From a virus: 64,000 bases of DNA. How positions within the stretch are numbered: the first letter of the stretch is position 1; every line of letters starts with the position of its first letter. Made by a program: the position numbers and the translations under genes. Below, piece after piece: positions 28,164 through 37,099 of the stretch. The notes below the pieces were generated by a model that saw nothing but the letters and a program-made list of their open reading frames with translations, ran no database searches and was not told the DNA's origin. The stretch is taken from positions 101,257 to 165,256 of the IMG/VR virus record IMGVR_UViG_3300017917_001112; one strand, written 5' to 3'.

Positions 28164-28441
28164 TTTCATTTAAAGAATACATTCTAAATGAAGCAACATA
28201 TCAAGGAAAAACAGTACCACTTAACAAACCAATGAAGGGTGATGTTAAGAAGTCAAAAGTATATGTTGATCCAGATGGAGATGGTAAGGCACAAAAGGTA
28301 AACTTTGGTGATAAAAACCTATCAATTAAAAAACACATTCCTGCTCGTAAAAAGTCTTATTGCGCAAGATCATCTGGACAGGGAAATACAACTGATAAAA
28401 CAAGCGCAAATTATTGGTCTAGAAAGGCATGGGATTGTTAA
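28160..28441 (+). CDS. small basic conserved phage protein, probably capsid-internal
   Basis: MISFKEYILNE; KVNFGD, RKKSYCAR, SANYWS. Confidence 0.7.
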   Translation: MISFKEYILNEATYQGKTVPLNKPMKGDVKKSKVYVDPDGDGKAQKVNFGDKNLSIKKHIPARKKSYCARSSGQGNTTDKTSANYWSRKAWDC

Positions 28442-28875
28442 TGGAAGAACTATCGATAACACTAAAAATTGCTTTGGCTAATACATTTTGTATGTATTTT
28501 AAATCACACAGCCATCACTGGAATGTGGTTGGCATGAATTTTTCACAACTTCACGATTTCTTCGGAGATTTATACGAAGAATTGCATGGTGCTGTTGATG
28601 GATTAGCAGAAGAACTTAGAGCAATTGACCAACCTGCTCCAAGAACATTAAGTGAAATGTATCAATACAAGACAATTAATGAGGGAAATATCGCAATAAC
28701 TGCTCAAGAAATGCTTGAAGATCTCTTGATTGCGAACAACGGAGTAATAGATTCCCTAAATAAAGCAATGGAGAGCGCAACTGCTAGTAATGAGCAAGGT
28801 TTAATGGATTTTCTAGCAAATCGTCTCGATACTCATAAAAAACACGGCTGGATGATTAGGAGTCACCTTAAATGA
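28441..28875 (+). CDS. dps: Dps/ferritin-like protein
   Basis: HSHHWNVVG..F..LHDFF..LYEE...D.LAEELR, HKKHGWM. Confidence 0.9.
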   Translation: MEELSITLKIALANTFCMYFKSHSHHWNVVGMNFSQLHDFFGDLYEELHGAVDGLAEELRAIDQPAPRTLSEMYQYKTINEGNIAITAQEMLEDLLIANNGVIDSLNKAMESATASNEQGLMDFLANRLDTHKKHGWMIRSHLK

Positions 28876-30668
28876 ACCCATTTAGAAAAGTATACTTAGA
28901 ACAATTGAAAGGCGATCAGCACAAACTTGATGCTGATAAAGATGGTAAAATCGAAGGAGAAGATTTAGCCAAACTTCGTACATCTAAGAAAGTTAAAAAA
29001 GAAGCTACAGAAATTCCATTTTCTGGTCCATATACAAAAACACCAGCTGTTGTAACAGATAAATCTGGAGCAAAACACTCGCCAATGTCACGTGTTCGTC
29101 ATTTGGCTAGAGCAGCTGCTGCAACTGCTGCTAAAAAGACAGAGAAAACAGTAAAAGAAGATATCGATGAGGGGACTGTTCCTGATCACATGAAGGGTAA
29201 ACAAAAACCTTATGTTTCTTCTGATGGTAAAGGTAATTACGAAGTATTAGGTAATACTGGACAAACAAAGGCTACATTCTCTCGTAAAGAACATGGTATG
29301 GATGCTCAGAAAAAGGCACAACAGCATCTAAAGAAAAATTATGATTCTTATATGAAAGAAGAAGTTGAACAAATCGACGAAGTTGAAAAAGCAACTGGTG
29401 ATCTAAAAGATGCTTGCTGGAAAGGTTATACCGCAGTTGGTATGAAAATGAAGAATGGCAAAAAAGTTCCTAATTGTGTTCCAACAAATGAAGAAGTTGA
29501 AGAAATAGATGAGTTGACAAAATCTACTCTTGCTTCTTATGCTAAGAAAGCAACAAAAGACGCAAGAATGCAACAATCAATTGGCAAAGATTTTGAAGCG
29601 CAAGCCAACAAATCTAGAAAACCAGGTATGAAAGATGCTGCTCAATCTCTTGCAGACAAGTATAAATCTAAATCAAGAAGTCGTGAAGCTGGTATTGGTA
29701 AAGCCATTGATCGTTTAGCAAAAGAAGAGTTAACAGTTGAATCTGATAAAGCATATGCAGATGCAATGGAAAAACAAAGAGAAAAAATGTTGACACAAAA
29801 AGATCAAGATGCTCTTTCTAAAGTTCGTGCATTAATGGCTAAAGAAAAAGCAGCCAAGATGAAGAAGGAAGAAGTTGAACTAGAAGAAGGATGGTATGAG
29901 AAACCAGCATCTGCTTATCGTCGTAAAGGTGATGAGGTAAAGGATAAAAAACCTGTTGATCAAAAATCTGATAAAAAAATGAAAGAAGAAGTTGAACAAA
30001 TTGAAGAGCGCAACAAACAAAATGCATTAATGCGCAAGACAATGGACGCATCTCGTGGTGCTCGTTACAAAGCTGCTGGTAATCCAGTTCCAGATCGTGA
30101 TCCACAACATAAAACATCACAAGCACATAACAAAGCAATTGGTCGTGCTCTACGAAACGAGGAAGAAGAAATGGATTTTACACAAGAAGAACTACAACTA
30201 ATCGAGCAATTTATTGAGATTGCCGAAAAGATGAATCTTTCTAAAGCCACAATGGGTGATGTGATTAAAGATTTCAAGAAGTCAGATGCGCCACAATTCA
30301 AAGGTAAATCTGAAGAAAAAAAACGTCAAATGGCTATCGCTGCTAAATTACAAGCAGATCGAGAGACAAAAAAAGAAGAAGTAGAAACAACACTTTCTTT
30401 TAAATCTTATCTTGATGAAGTTAAGATGGCAGACTTGCCTGCTCGAAAAGTAACTGGTCGTGGATACGGCACAGAGTACTACAAGAAAGAAAAAGAGAAA
30501 GATGAAAAGGGATATGATGCAGATGATGATAAAGAACCAAGTGAGAAAAAGGGACGTGGTCGTCCAGCTGGTTCAAAATCTGGCGCAAGACAAAAAGGAT
30601 CAACAACTGGGAAGAAAAAGAGTGGAGTAGAAATGACTGGTTACCCACTGCACCTTCCAAATAGATAA
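28872..30668 (+). CDS. modular internal head (poly)protein
   Basis: basic modules separated by KEEVEQIDE-type repeats. Confidence 0.65.
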   Translation: MNPFRKVYLEQLKGDQHKLDADKDGKIEGEDLAKLRTSKKVKKEATEIPFSGPYTKTPAVVTDKSGAKHSPMSRVRHLARAAAATAAKKTEKTVKEDIDEGTVPDHMKGKQKPYVSSDGKGNYEVLGNTGQTKATFSRKEHGMDAQKKAQQHLKKNYDSYMKEEVEQIDEVEKATGDLKDACWKGYTAVGMKMKNGKKVPNCVPTNEEVEEIDELTKSTLASYAKKATKDARMQQSIGKDFEAQANKSRKPGMKDAAQSLADKYKSKSRSREAGIGKAIDRLAKEELTVESDKAYADAMEKQREKMLTQKDQDALSKVRALMAKEKAAKMKKEEVELEEGWYEKPASAYRRKGDEVKDKKPVDQKSDKKMKEEVEQIEERNKQNALMRKTMDASRGARYKAAGNPVPDRDPQHKTSQAHNKAIGRALRNEEEEMDFTQEELQLIEQFIEIAEKMNLSKATMGDVIKDFKKSDAPQFKGKSEEKKRQMAIAAKLQADRETKKEEVETTLSFKSYLDEVKMADLPARKVTGRGYGTEYYKKEKEKDEKGYDADDDKEPSEKKGRGRPAGSKSGARQKGSTTGKKKSGVEMTGYPLHLPNR

Positions 30669-30683
30669 GCAAGGAGAAAAACT

Positions 30684-31934
30684 ATGGCACTATGGGGCAA
30701 ACAAGACGCAGCTACTCCAACAGGAACATCAATTGATGTAACAAACGGTAGCGCAGCTGTTACTGGCACAGGAACAGCATTTTTAACTGATATCGATAAT
30801 GGTGACACACTTATTATTGGTACAACAAAATATAAGGTATTGTCTGTTACTAGCAATACTGCTTTAACATTAACAAGCAATTTTGAGGGATCGACTGCAA
30901 CACTTACGATTTCTTCAGAACCTGTTCGTGTTCAACAATCACCAAAGAACTTATCTTTAACAGATAAGCGTAATACATACGGTGTTGACGCAACTGAAGC
31001 ACAAGCTGGTGGCGACAATGTTGTTGATGTTAACATTTCTTTTGCTGGTACAAGATATCTCGGAACTGCACCAGCAGTAACATTCTCTGGTGGTGGTGGT
31101 TCATCAGCTGCAGCAACAGCAACTATTTCTGGTGGCGCAGTAACAGCAATCGCTGTGACAAACGTAGGTTCTTCTTACACATCAGTACCAACAGTTGCTA
31201 TTGCTAAACCTGCTCGTATTATTCCAACATCTGGAATAACAACTGCTGCTGATACTGTTACATATGCAACTCATGGTTTAGTTGCTGGAGAAGAAGTTAA
31301 ATATTTCCATGGTGGTGGTACTGCTGCAACTGGACTAACAAACAATACATCATATTATGTTGCTACTGCTAATTTCGCAACTGGTGTGTTTAGCGTAAAA
31401 GCTGCAAATACAACTGGTACTATTGCAGCAACTGTCGCTACTTCAGGAACTGGTGGTCAGTTTACTTGCGGCAATTCTTCATTAGCTGTTGGCGATCGTG
31501 TTACTATTACTGGGACATTAGGTGGAACAGGAACCATTACTGGATATACAAGTGGAACAACATATAAAGTATCTGCAGTAACTGGCACATCACCAAACGT
31601 AACTGGTTTTACTTTACAAACTAACGCTGGTTCTGCGATTGTTACAACTGCTGGTACATTGACTGGTCTTACATATACAACAGAAACTATTATTGACATT
31701 TCTGGTACAGGTAACAATGCTCAGTACTTTGAAATCCAAGCAGCTGCTGATCAAGCTACTGCGGTTGCAGAACTTGGTTCTGGCGAGCCAGCAGCAACTG
31801 TTTCTCCAGGATGGGTGCTAAGAACTGAAGGTACAGGTGGTCGTGCTGGTCGTGTTCAATACGAAACATTGGTTGCTGGACGTTCTCTAATCACTGGCGA
31901 TGCTGCTGATGATACTGAGTTCCCAGACTCTTAA
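30684..31934 (+). CDS. virion structural protein (Thr/Gly/Ala-rich, fibre or decoration)
   Basis: MALWGK..., GWVLRTEGTGGRAGRVQYETLVA. Confidence 0.65.
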   Translation: MALWGKQDAATPTGTSIDVTNGSAAVTGTGTAFLTDIDNGDTLIIGTTKYKVLSVTSNTALTLTSNFEGSTATLTISSEPVRVQQSPKNLSLTDKRNTYGVDATEAQAGGDNVVDVNISFAGTRYLGTAPAVTFSGGGGSSAAATATISGGAVTAIAVTNVGSSYTSVPTVAIAKPARIIPTSGITTAADTVTYATHGLVAGEEVKYFHGGGTAATGLTNNTSYYVATANFATGVFSVKAANTTGTIAATVATSGTGGQFTCGNSSLAVGDRVTITGTLGGTGTITGYTSGTTYKVSAVTGTSPNVTGFTLQTNAGSAIVTTAGTLTGLTYTTETIIDISGTGNNAQYFEIQAAADQATAVAELGSGEPAATVSPGWVLRTEGTGGRAGRVQYETLVAGRSLITGDAADDTEFPDS

Positions 31935-31966
31935 TAAATAATTGAACACTTAGAGAGGACTAAAAC

Positions 31967-32911
31967 ATGGCATCTAAAAAGATCTCAGAATTAAACTCAG
32001 CGTCAACGCTGACAGGTGCTGAGCGATTCCTTATCGTTCAGTCAGGCGACAATCGCCAATTAACATTAGACAGTTTGTTAGCTGGATTAACAACTTCAAC
32101 TGCTGTTAATCCAACATTAACACTTACTACCAATGCATTTATTGTAAAGGGCACTGGTGGTAATTCAACAAACGGTATTTTCCGTATTCAGGGTAATGCT
32201 TCCAACCTACCAACTATTTTATTAGCAAATGGAAGTGGAACCAAATTTACATTTGCTGTTGGTGATTTAGCAACAGTAGGTGGAAACAGCTTAACATTAA
32301 CAGAAACATGGAATGCTGGTGCGCAAACATTTAATACGATTGATTTGCAAATTACCAACACAGCGAGTGCTGTTGCTTCTCGTGCATTAAGTATTAAAAT
32401 TGGTGGAACTCAAGTTGCTGCTATTGATTTCGCAGGAAATATGTGGATGCAATCATTGTATCCAAAATTTGCTTCTATTGGTTTCGTTGGTACTCATAAT
32501 GGTATTACAACAGCAAGTAATGTTATTGCTGTCGCTTCTAACACTAACTTAACGTATGCTCAGTTAAACAATACTTCGTTAATTTACTTGAACCAATCTG
32601 GAGCTTTAAGTTATGATATTACTTTACCTGCAGCACCAAGTATGACCGATGCTGACTCTGGTAAAATTTGGACATTCGTAATCAATCAATCTACAGGAAA
32701 CTCACAATCTCTGTTCCCATCAAGCGCATCAGAGCGTGGAACAAAATACTTTAAATATCGTACTGCTGGTGTCACTGGCGCATACGTTATGCAGTTTGCT
32801 TGGTTGAAAATTGATGGAACAGGTCGTTGGTATGCAATATCTGGTGCTCCATACGCTGCTACTGGATCAACGACTGCGCCAGCGCAAGGTATTCAGCTAC
32901 ACGACGCATAA
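31967..32911 (+). CDS. tail-fibre-like structural protein
   Basis: MASKKISEL N-terminus, beta-rich; AATAAATA upstream. Confidence 0.55.
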   Translation: MASKKISELNSASTLTGAERFLIVQSGDNRQLTLDSLLAGLTTSTAVNPTLTLTTNAFIVKGTGGNSTNGIFRIQGNASNLPTILLANGSGTKFTFAVGDLATVGGNSLTLTETWNAGAQTFNTIDLQITNTASAVASRALSIKIGGTQVAAIDFAGNMWMQSLYPKFASIGFVGTHNGITTASNVIAVASNTNLTYAQLNNTSLIYLNQSGALSYDITLPAAPSMTDADSGKIWTFVINQSTGNSQSLFPSSASERGTKYFKYRTAGVTGAYVMQFAWLKIDGTGRWYAISGAPYAATGSTTAPAQGIQLHDA

Positions 32912-32917
32912 TATTTT

Positions 32918-33289
32918 ATGTTTAAAAGTGAGGCTGAGTTTTTACAATATGCGATGCACAATTATGACAATCCTCAATGTTCTACCGTAAAGGAGTTCGA
33001 AGAGGATTTAAAAAAGTTTTTGTATCTTAAGAAACTTTTTACACGTTATAAAAAGAACGATGAGTTGAAAGAGAGATTAATTCTTAATCATCTAATCGTT
33101 CTTTTTAACTTGTTTGGTGATGCATCTGTAAAAATGTTATTTTATAAAACTGATGTTGATGATTGGAATGTTCTTGCAACATTTCTAACATATATTGGTA
33201 GAATGCCAGATAAAGTTCCTGGAACTTCGCATCTAGCAACTGATATTGGACTAGACGAAAAAGTAATAACAGAGTTAAGGAAAATTTAA
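32918..33289 (+). CDS. conserved T4-like hypothetical protein
   Basis: YDNPQC...EF.EDL..F.YLK.L, ERLILNH. Confidence 0.75.
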   Translation: MFKSEAEFLQYAMHNYDNPQCSTVKEFEEDLKKFLYLKKLFTRYKKNDELKERLILNHLIVLFNLFGDASVKMLFYKTDVDDWNVLATFLTYIGRMPDKVPGTSHLATDIGLDEKVITELRKI

Positions 33290-33789
33290 TGGCTCAATTG
33301 GTTGATAACTTAATTGCCATTCGTATATTATACATGTTAGTAACACCTTTCGAAGAAACTGAATCTTATAAGAGAGGTATTATTGACAAAGATGGTAATC
33401 CATTAAAGAAATTGAAAGACATGACGTGGACTGAAAAAGACCACTACTCAATGTTGCACAGAATGATCTTTAGAATTAAAAAAATTATGAATAAAGTTCC
33501 TGTTGTAAATACCAAATTAGGAACACTTGCAACAGCATATTTTCTTGTAAAAGAATGTTACTCTGCGAATAAACTTCCAACAAATTTAGAAGAACAATTT
33601 GTTGATTTATTAAACAAGGTTCAAAAAGAAGATGTTATTCTTGTTGAAGAATATCTTCTTGTTGAACAATTTTTGAAAGAAGAATTACCAGCAAATGTAA
33701 CAGGCGAAAAGGTATCAACTGATACACCTGTTGTAAGAAAAAGAAAAAGAGACATTAAGTTTCTTAATCGTGCTGCGAAAGGGATTTAA
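33289..33789 (+). CDS. conserved T4-like hypothetical protein
   Basis: LVTPFEET..YK.GIIDKDG. Confidence 0.75.
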   Translation: MAQLVDNLIAIRILYMLVTPFEETESYKRGIIDKDGNPLKKLKDMTWTEKDHYSMLHRMIFRIKKIMNKVPVVNTKLGTLATAYFLVKECYSANKLPTNLEEQFVDLLNKVQKEDVILVEEYLLVEQFLKEELPANVTGEKVSTDTPVVRKRKRDIKFLNRAAKGI

Positions 33790-34392
33790 ATGTGGATGTT
33801 AAGTTTCATTCCTGATTCATTTCTGATATGGGCTGTTAATGCAATATTGGTTGCAGGTTTAATTGGCACATTTTCTAGTTATTTCATTCGTTTTATTCCA
33901 CCACTAATACCGTATTCGAATTTACTAAAAATTGCTGGCATTGCTTTATTAGTTGTTGGTGTTTATTTTAGAGGTGGCTATGGTGTTGAGATGGAATGGC
34001 GTGCTAAAGTTGAAGAGATGAAATTAGAAATTGCTAAGAAAGAAAAAGAATCAGCCGAAGTTTCGGAAAAAGTCGTAACAAAATATGTTGAAAGAGTAAC
34101 AGTTGTAAAGGAGAAAGGTGATGAAATCATCAAAGAAATACCTAAACTCATCTCTCAAAATGATGATGCTAAGTGTGCTGTGCCTAATGGGTTTGTCAGC
34201 GTGCACGACGCTGCCGCAAAAAATGAAGTTCCCGACACCACCAGAAGCATTAATGAAGGATCCTCAGGAGTTAAAATCTCTGAAGTCGCAGAAACAGTAA
34301 CAGAAAACTACACGACATGCCATCAGAATTCGCAACAACTAAAGTCGCTGCAAGAATGGATTCGTGAACAACAAAAGGTATTTAATAAATAA
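33790..34392 (+). CDS. Rz: Rz-like inner-membrane spanin
   Basis: N-terminal TM helices, coiled coil, VVTKYV...C.VP.GFV..HD.AA, NY..CH. Confidence 0.75.
   Translation: MWMLSFIPDSFLIWAVNAILVAGLIGTFSSYFIRFIPPLIPYSNLLKIAGIALLVVGVYFRGGYGVEMEWRAKVEEMKLEIAKKEKESAEVSEKVVTKYVERVTVVKEKGDEIIKEIPKLISQNDDAKCAVPNGFVSVHDAAAKNEVPDTTRSINEGSSGVKISEVAETVTENYTTCHQNSQQLKSLQEWIREQQKVFNK
34121..34300 (+). CDS. Rz1: Rz1-like outer-membrane lipoprotein spanin embedded in Rz (+1 frame)
   Basis: LSAC lipobox, Pro-rich mature part FPTPPEALMKDP; AGGAG/AAGGTG SD. Confidence 0.75.
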   Translation: MKSSKKYLNSSLKMMMLSVLCLMGLSACTTLPQKMKFPTPPEALMKDPQELKSLKSQKQ

Positions 34393-34393
34393 C

Positions 34394-34717
34394 ATGGACA
34401 CTTCAGAGAGACTAGCAAAAGTGGAAGCGCAAGTAGAATCGCTAAAGGAAGATATGACCGAAGTTAAGTCGGACATAAAAGATATCCATTCAAGAATCAC
34501 GACAGGTAATCGAGAGATTATGCAAAAGATCGATGATAAAATCGATGCACTTGCGAAATCGGACAAAGATCAACACGAATCTCTAAAATCAACAATGGAT
34601 CAAGTAAAACTAAGAGTCGATGTTCTTGAAAGATGGAGATGGATGATTGTTGGTGGAGCAATTGTTCTTGGTTATTTAATTGGTCATTTGGATTTCTTCG
34701 CCAAATTTTTAACATAA
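34394..34717 (+). CDS. coiled-coil protein with C-terminal TM helix (holin/XhlA-like)
   Basis: coiled coil then WRWMIVGGAIVLGYLIG; adjacent to spanins. Confidence 0.5.
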   Translation: MDTSERLAKVEAQVESLKEDMTEVKSDIKDIHSRITTGNREIMQKIDDKIDALAKSDKDQHESLKSTMDQVKLRVDVLERWRWMIVGGAIVLGYLIGHLDFFAKFLT

Positions 34718-34741
34718 TACTACATCAAACCAGACACTGAT

Positions 34742-34770
34742 ATTTTACAACATTCGATATTTTTTGTCAA
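34742..34770 (-). promoter_or_regulatory. antisense sigma70-type promoter pointing into the lysis cassette
   Basis: minus strand TTGACA-17-TAAAAT. Confidence 0.6.
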
Positions 34771-34796
34771 AATATATTTCGAAAGGCAATAAAAAC

Positions 34797-34825
34797 TTGC
34801 CTTTTTTTCATTTTAGTAGTATAAT
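34797..34825 (+). promoter_or_regulatory. sigma70-type promoter (primase, probably near-leaderless)
   Basis: TTGCCT-17-TATAAT, 6 nt before the ATG. Confidence 0.65.
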
Positions 34826-34831
34826 CTTATT

Positions 34832-35848
34832 ATGTTATATGTTGATCTTAAATTCGTTTCCCAATTAAGTACAAAACTTCGCAACTTCAAGCAGACGAAC
34901 ACGCATACATTTAATTTTTCTTGTCCTTTCTGTGGTGATAGTAAGAAGAATAAATTAAAAGCACGTGGCTATGTCTATGCGAAGAAGAACGATTTGTTTT
35001 ACAAATGTCATAATTGTGGTGTTGGAACCAATGCTGGAAATTTAATAAAGCAAGTAGACCCTTACTTGTATGAACAGTATGTTCTGGAGCGTTATCAGTC
35101 TACTGCAAATAAGAGCGTTTCTCATAAAAAAATAGATTATCCAGAAACAAAACCAGTGTTTGCAGAGCTGAAAGATGAGACTTTAGAGGGATTGCGTAGA
35201 ATCGATACCTTACCCCCTACACATCCTGCTAAACTATACGTGCAATCTCGTTTAATACCAGAAGAAAAATTTAATCTACTTTTTTATTGTCCAAAGTGGA
35301 AAAAATATGTAAACAGTGTTAAATATACATACACCTCGGAAGAAGAAAACGAACACCCTCGCCTTGTGATCCCATTTTATAATGACCATGGTAAAGTTTT
35401 CGCATTTCAAGGTAGAGCATTTGGTAATGAAGACCCACGTTATATGACGATTAAACTCGACGATAACATGGAAAGAATCTATGGTTTAGAGAGAGTTGAC
35501 TTTAGTAAAAAAGTTTATGCTGTTGAAGGACCAATAGATTCTTTATTCATTCCAAATTCAATCGCTGTAGCAGGTGCTAGTTTTGATTCACAATATCTTC
35601 GCAGTCTGTCGAGTAACTTGATTGTTGTTTTTGACAATGAACCAAGAAACAAAGAATTATGCAAACAGATTGAGAAATGTATTGATAATAGTTATACTGT
35701 TTCTCTTATGCCAGAAACAGGTTATAAAGACATTAACGATTTAGTCAAAGCAGGTTGGAGTGTTGACAAGATTATAAATTTAATTGACGAACATACAACT
35801 TGTGGATTAGAAGCGAAAGTAAGGTTCAACCAATGGAAAAAGATTTAG
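34832..35848 (+). CDS. 61: DNA primase gp61
   Basis: CPFCGDS..KARG, CHNCG, FQGR, VEGPIDSLF, DNEPRN, KDIND. Confidence 0.95.
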   Translation: MLYVDLKFVSQLSTKLRNFKQTNTHTFNFSCPFCGDSKKNKLKARGYVYAKKNDLFYKCHNCGVGTNAGNLIKQVDPYLYEQYVLERYQSTANKSVSHKKIDYPETKPVFAELKDETLEGLRRIDTLPPTHPAKLYVQSRLIPEEKFNLLFYCPKWKKYVNSVKYTYTSEEENEHPRLVIPFYNDHGKVFAFQGRAFGNEDPRYMTIKLDDNMERIYGLERVDFSKKVYAVEGPIDSLFIPNSIAVAGASFDSQYLRSLSSNLIVVFDNEPRNKELCKQIEKCIDNSYTVSLMPETGYKDINDLVKAGWSVDKIINLIDEHTTCGLEAKVRFNQWKKI

Positions 35849-35979
35849 ATAACACTGGTACAGATAAAGATGAGTATTATGACATATTATCAACTGAAGA
35901 ATGTTTAAAAGATAGTATGCACTTAGAAAAACCCACTGAAGAAATTATAGAAAAAATGGGAGAAGATGATGAAAGTTGA
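35833..35979 (+). CDS. possible small acidic protein (48 aa)
   Basis: ORF fills the primase-thyX gap. Confidence 0.3.
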   Translation: MEKDLDNTGTDKDEYYDILSTEECLKDSMHLEKPTEEIIEKMGEDDES

Positions 35980-36646
35980 ATTGATTAGTTATTCACAACC
36001 AGCAGAATATTTTGCTGAGAATATGACAGAACTTGTTGCTTTCTGCGCACGTGTTAGTAATCCAGGAAATCAAACAAACAAAGAGACAAGTGAAAAGTTA
36101 ATCAAGTATTTGATTAAGAATCAACATTGGTCGCCACTTGAAATGGTAAATGTTTGTTTAGAAATTGAAACTACACGTGATATTGCTAGACAGATGTTGC
36201 GTCATCGTTCGTTTTCTTTTCAAGAGTTTTCGCAGCGTTACGCTGACCCAACACAAGATTTAGATTTTGTCATTCGTGAGGCAAGACTTCAAGATACAAA
36301 AAATCGTCAAAACAGTATTGAGATATCTATTGAAGATGATGACAATAGACGTCTGGCATATCAGTGGGAACAGATGCAAAAGAATGTTATTGAAAAAGCA
36401 AAAGAAGCATATACATGGGCAGTTGAGCATGGTATCGCAAAAGAACAAGCCAGAGCAGTTTTGCCAGAAGGCAACACAGTAAGTCGTTTGTATATGAATG
36501 GAACATTAAGATCTTGGATTCACTATATACAATTACGATCAGGCAATGGCACACAAAAAGAACACATTGAGATTGCAAAGGCATGCGCCAAGGTAATCGC
36601 TACAGTTTTTCCTCTATCAAAAGAATTTATCGCACAGGAGCAATAA
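35966..36646 (+). CDS. thyX: flavin-dependent thymidylate synthase
   Basis: HWSPLE, RHRSFSFQEFSQRY, LRS.NGTQKEH. Confidence 0.95.
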   Translation: MMKVELISYSQPAEYFAENMTELVAFCARVSNPGNQTNKETSEKLIKYLIKNQHWSPLEMVNVCLEIETTRDIARQMLRHRSFSFQEFSQRYADPTQDLDFVIREARLQDTKNRQNSIEISIEDDDNRRLAYQWEQMQKNVIEKAKEAYTWAVEHGIAKEQARAVLPEGNTVSRLYMNGTLRSWIHYIQLRSGNGTQKEHIEIAKACAKVIATVFPLSKEFIAQEQ

Positions 36647-37080
36647 TGAAAACAATATCCTTCCTAGTTTTATCCTTACTCACATCAGTAGCATTGGCGA
36701 AAGAAATTAAGCCTGTTGGCTACGATTGGAAAGTTTTGCGTGTTCTTGATGGTGATACAGTAGAAGTTGAAGCAAAATTTTTACCAGCACCATTAAAACC
36801 AGTATTAAAAATTCGTGTTCTTGGTGTTGATACACCAGAAAAAGCACCACGTGCTAAGTGTGAAGCAGAAAATGCTAAAGCACAAATGGCAACTAAATTG
36901 ACAAAAGAAGCAGTTGCTAACGCAAAAACAATTAAAGTTTATATCGTTGATTGGGATAAATACGGTGGTCGTGTTCTTGGTGATGTGTTAATTGATGGCA
37001 AACAGTTAAGCACAAGACTCATTGAAGCAGGTTTGGCTCGTGAGTATTACGGAGAAGCAAAACAATCTTGGTGCAACTAA
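36646..37080 (+). CDS. SNase/thermonuclease-family protein with signal peptide
   Basis: DGDT, RVLGVDTPE, DKYGGRVL, GLAREY. Confidence 0.88.
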   Translation: MKTISFLVLSLLTSVALAKEIKPVGYDWKVLRVLDGDTVEVEAKFLPAPLKPVLKIRVLGVDTPEKAPRAKCEAENAKAQMATKLTKEAVANAKTIKVYIVDWDKYGGRVLGDVLIDGKQLSTRLIEAGLAREYYGEAKQSWCN

Positions 37081-37099
37081 ACTGTTTGGAGAAATATAA

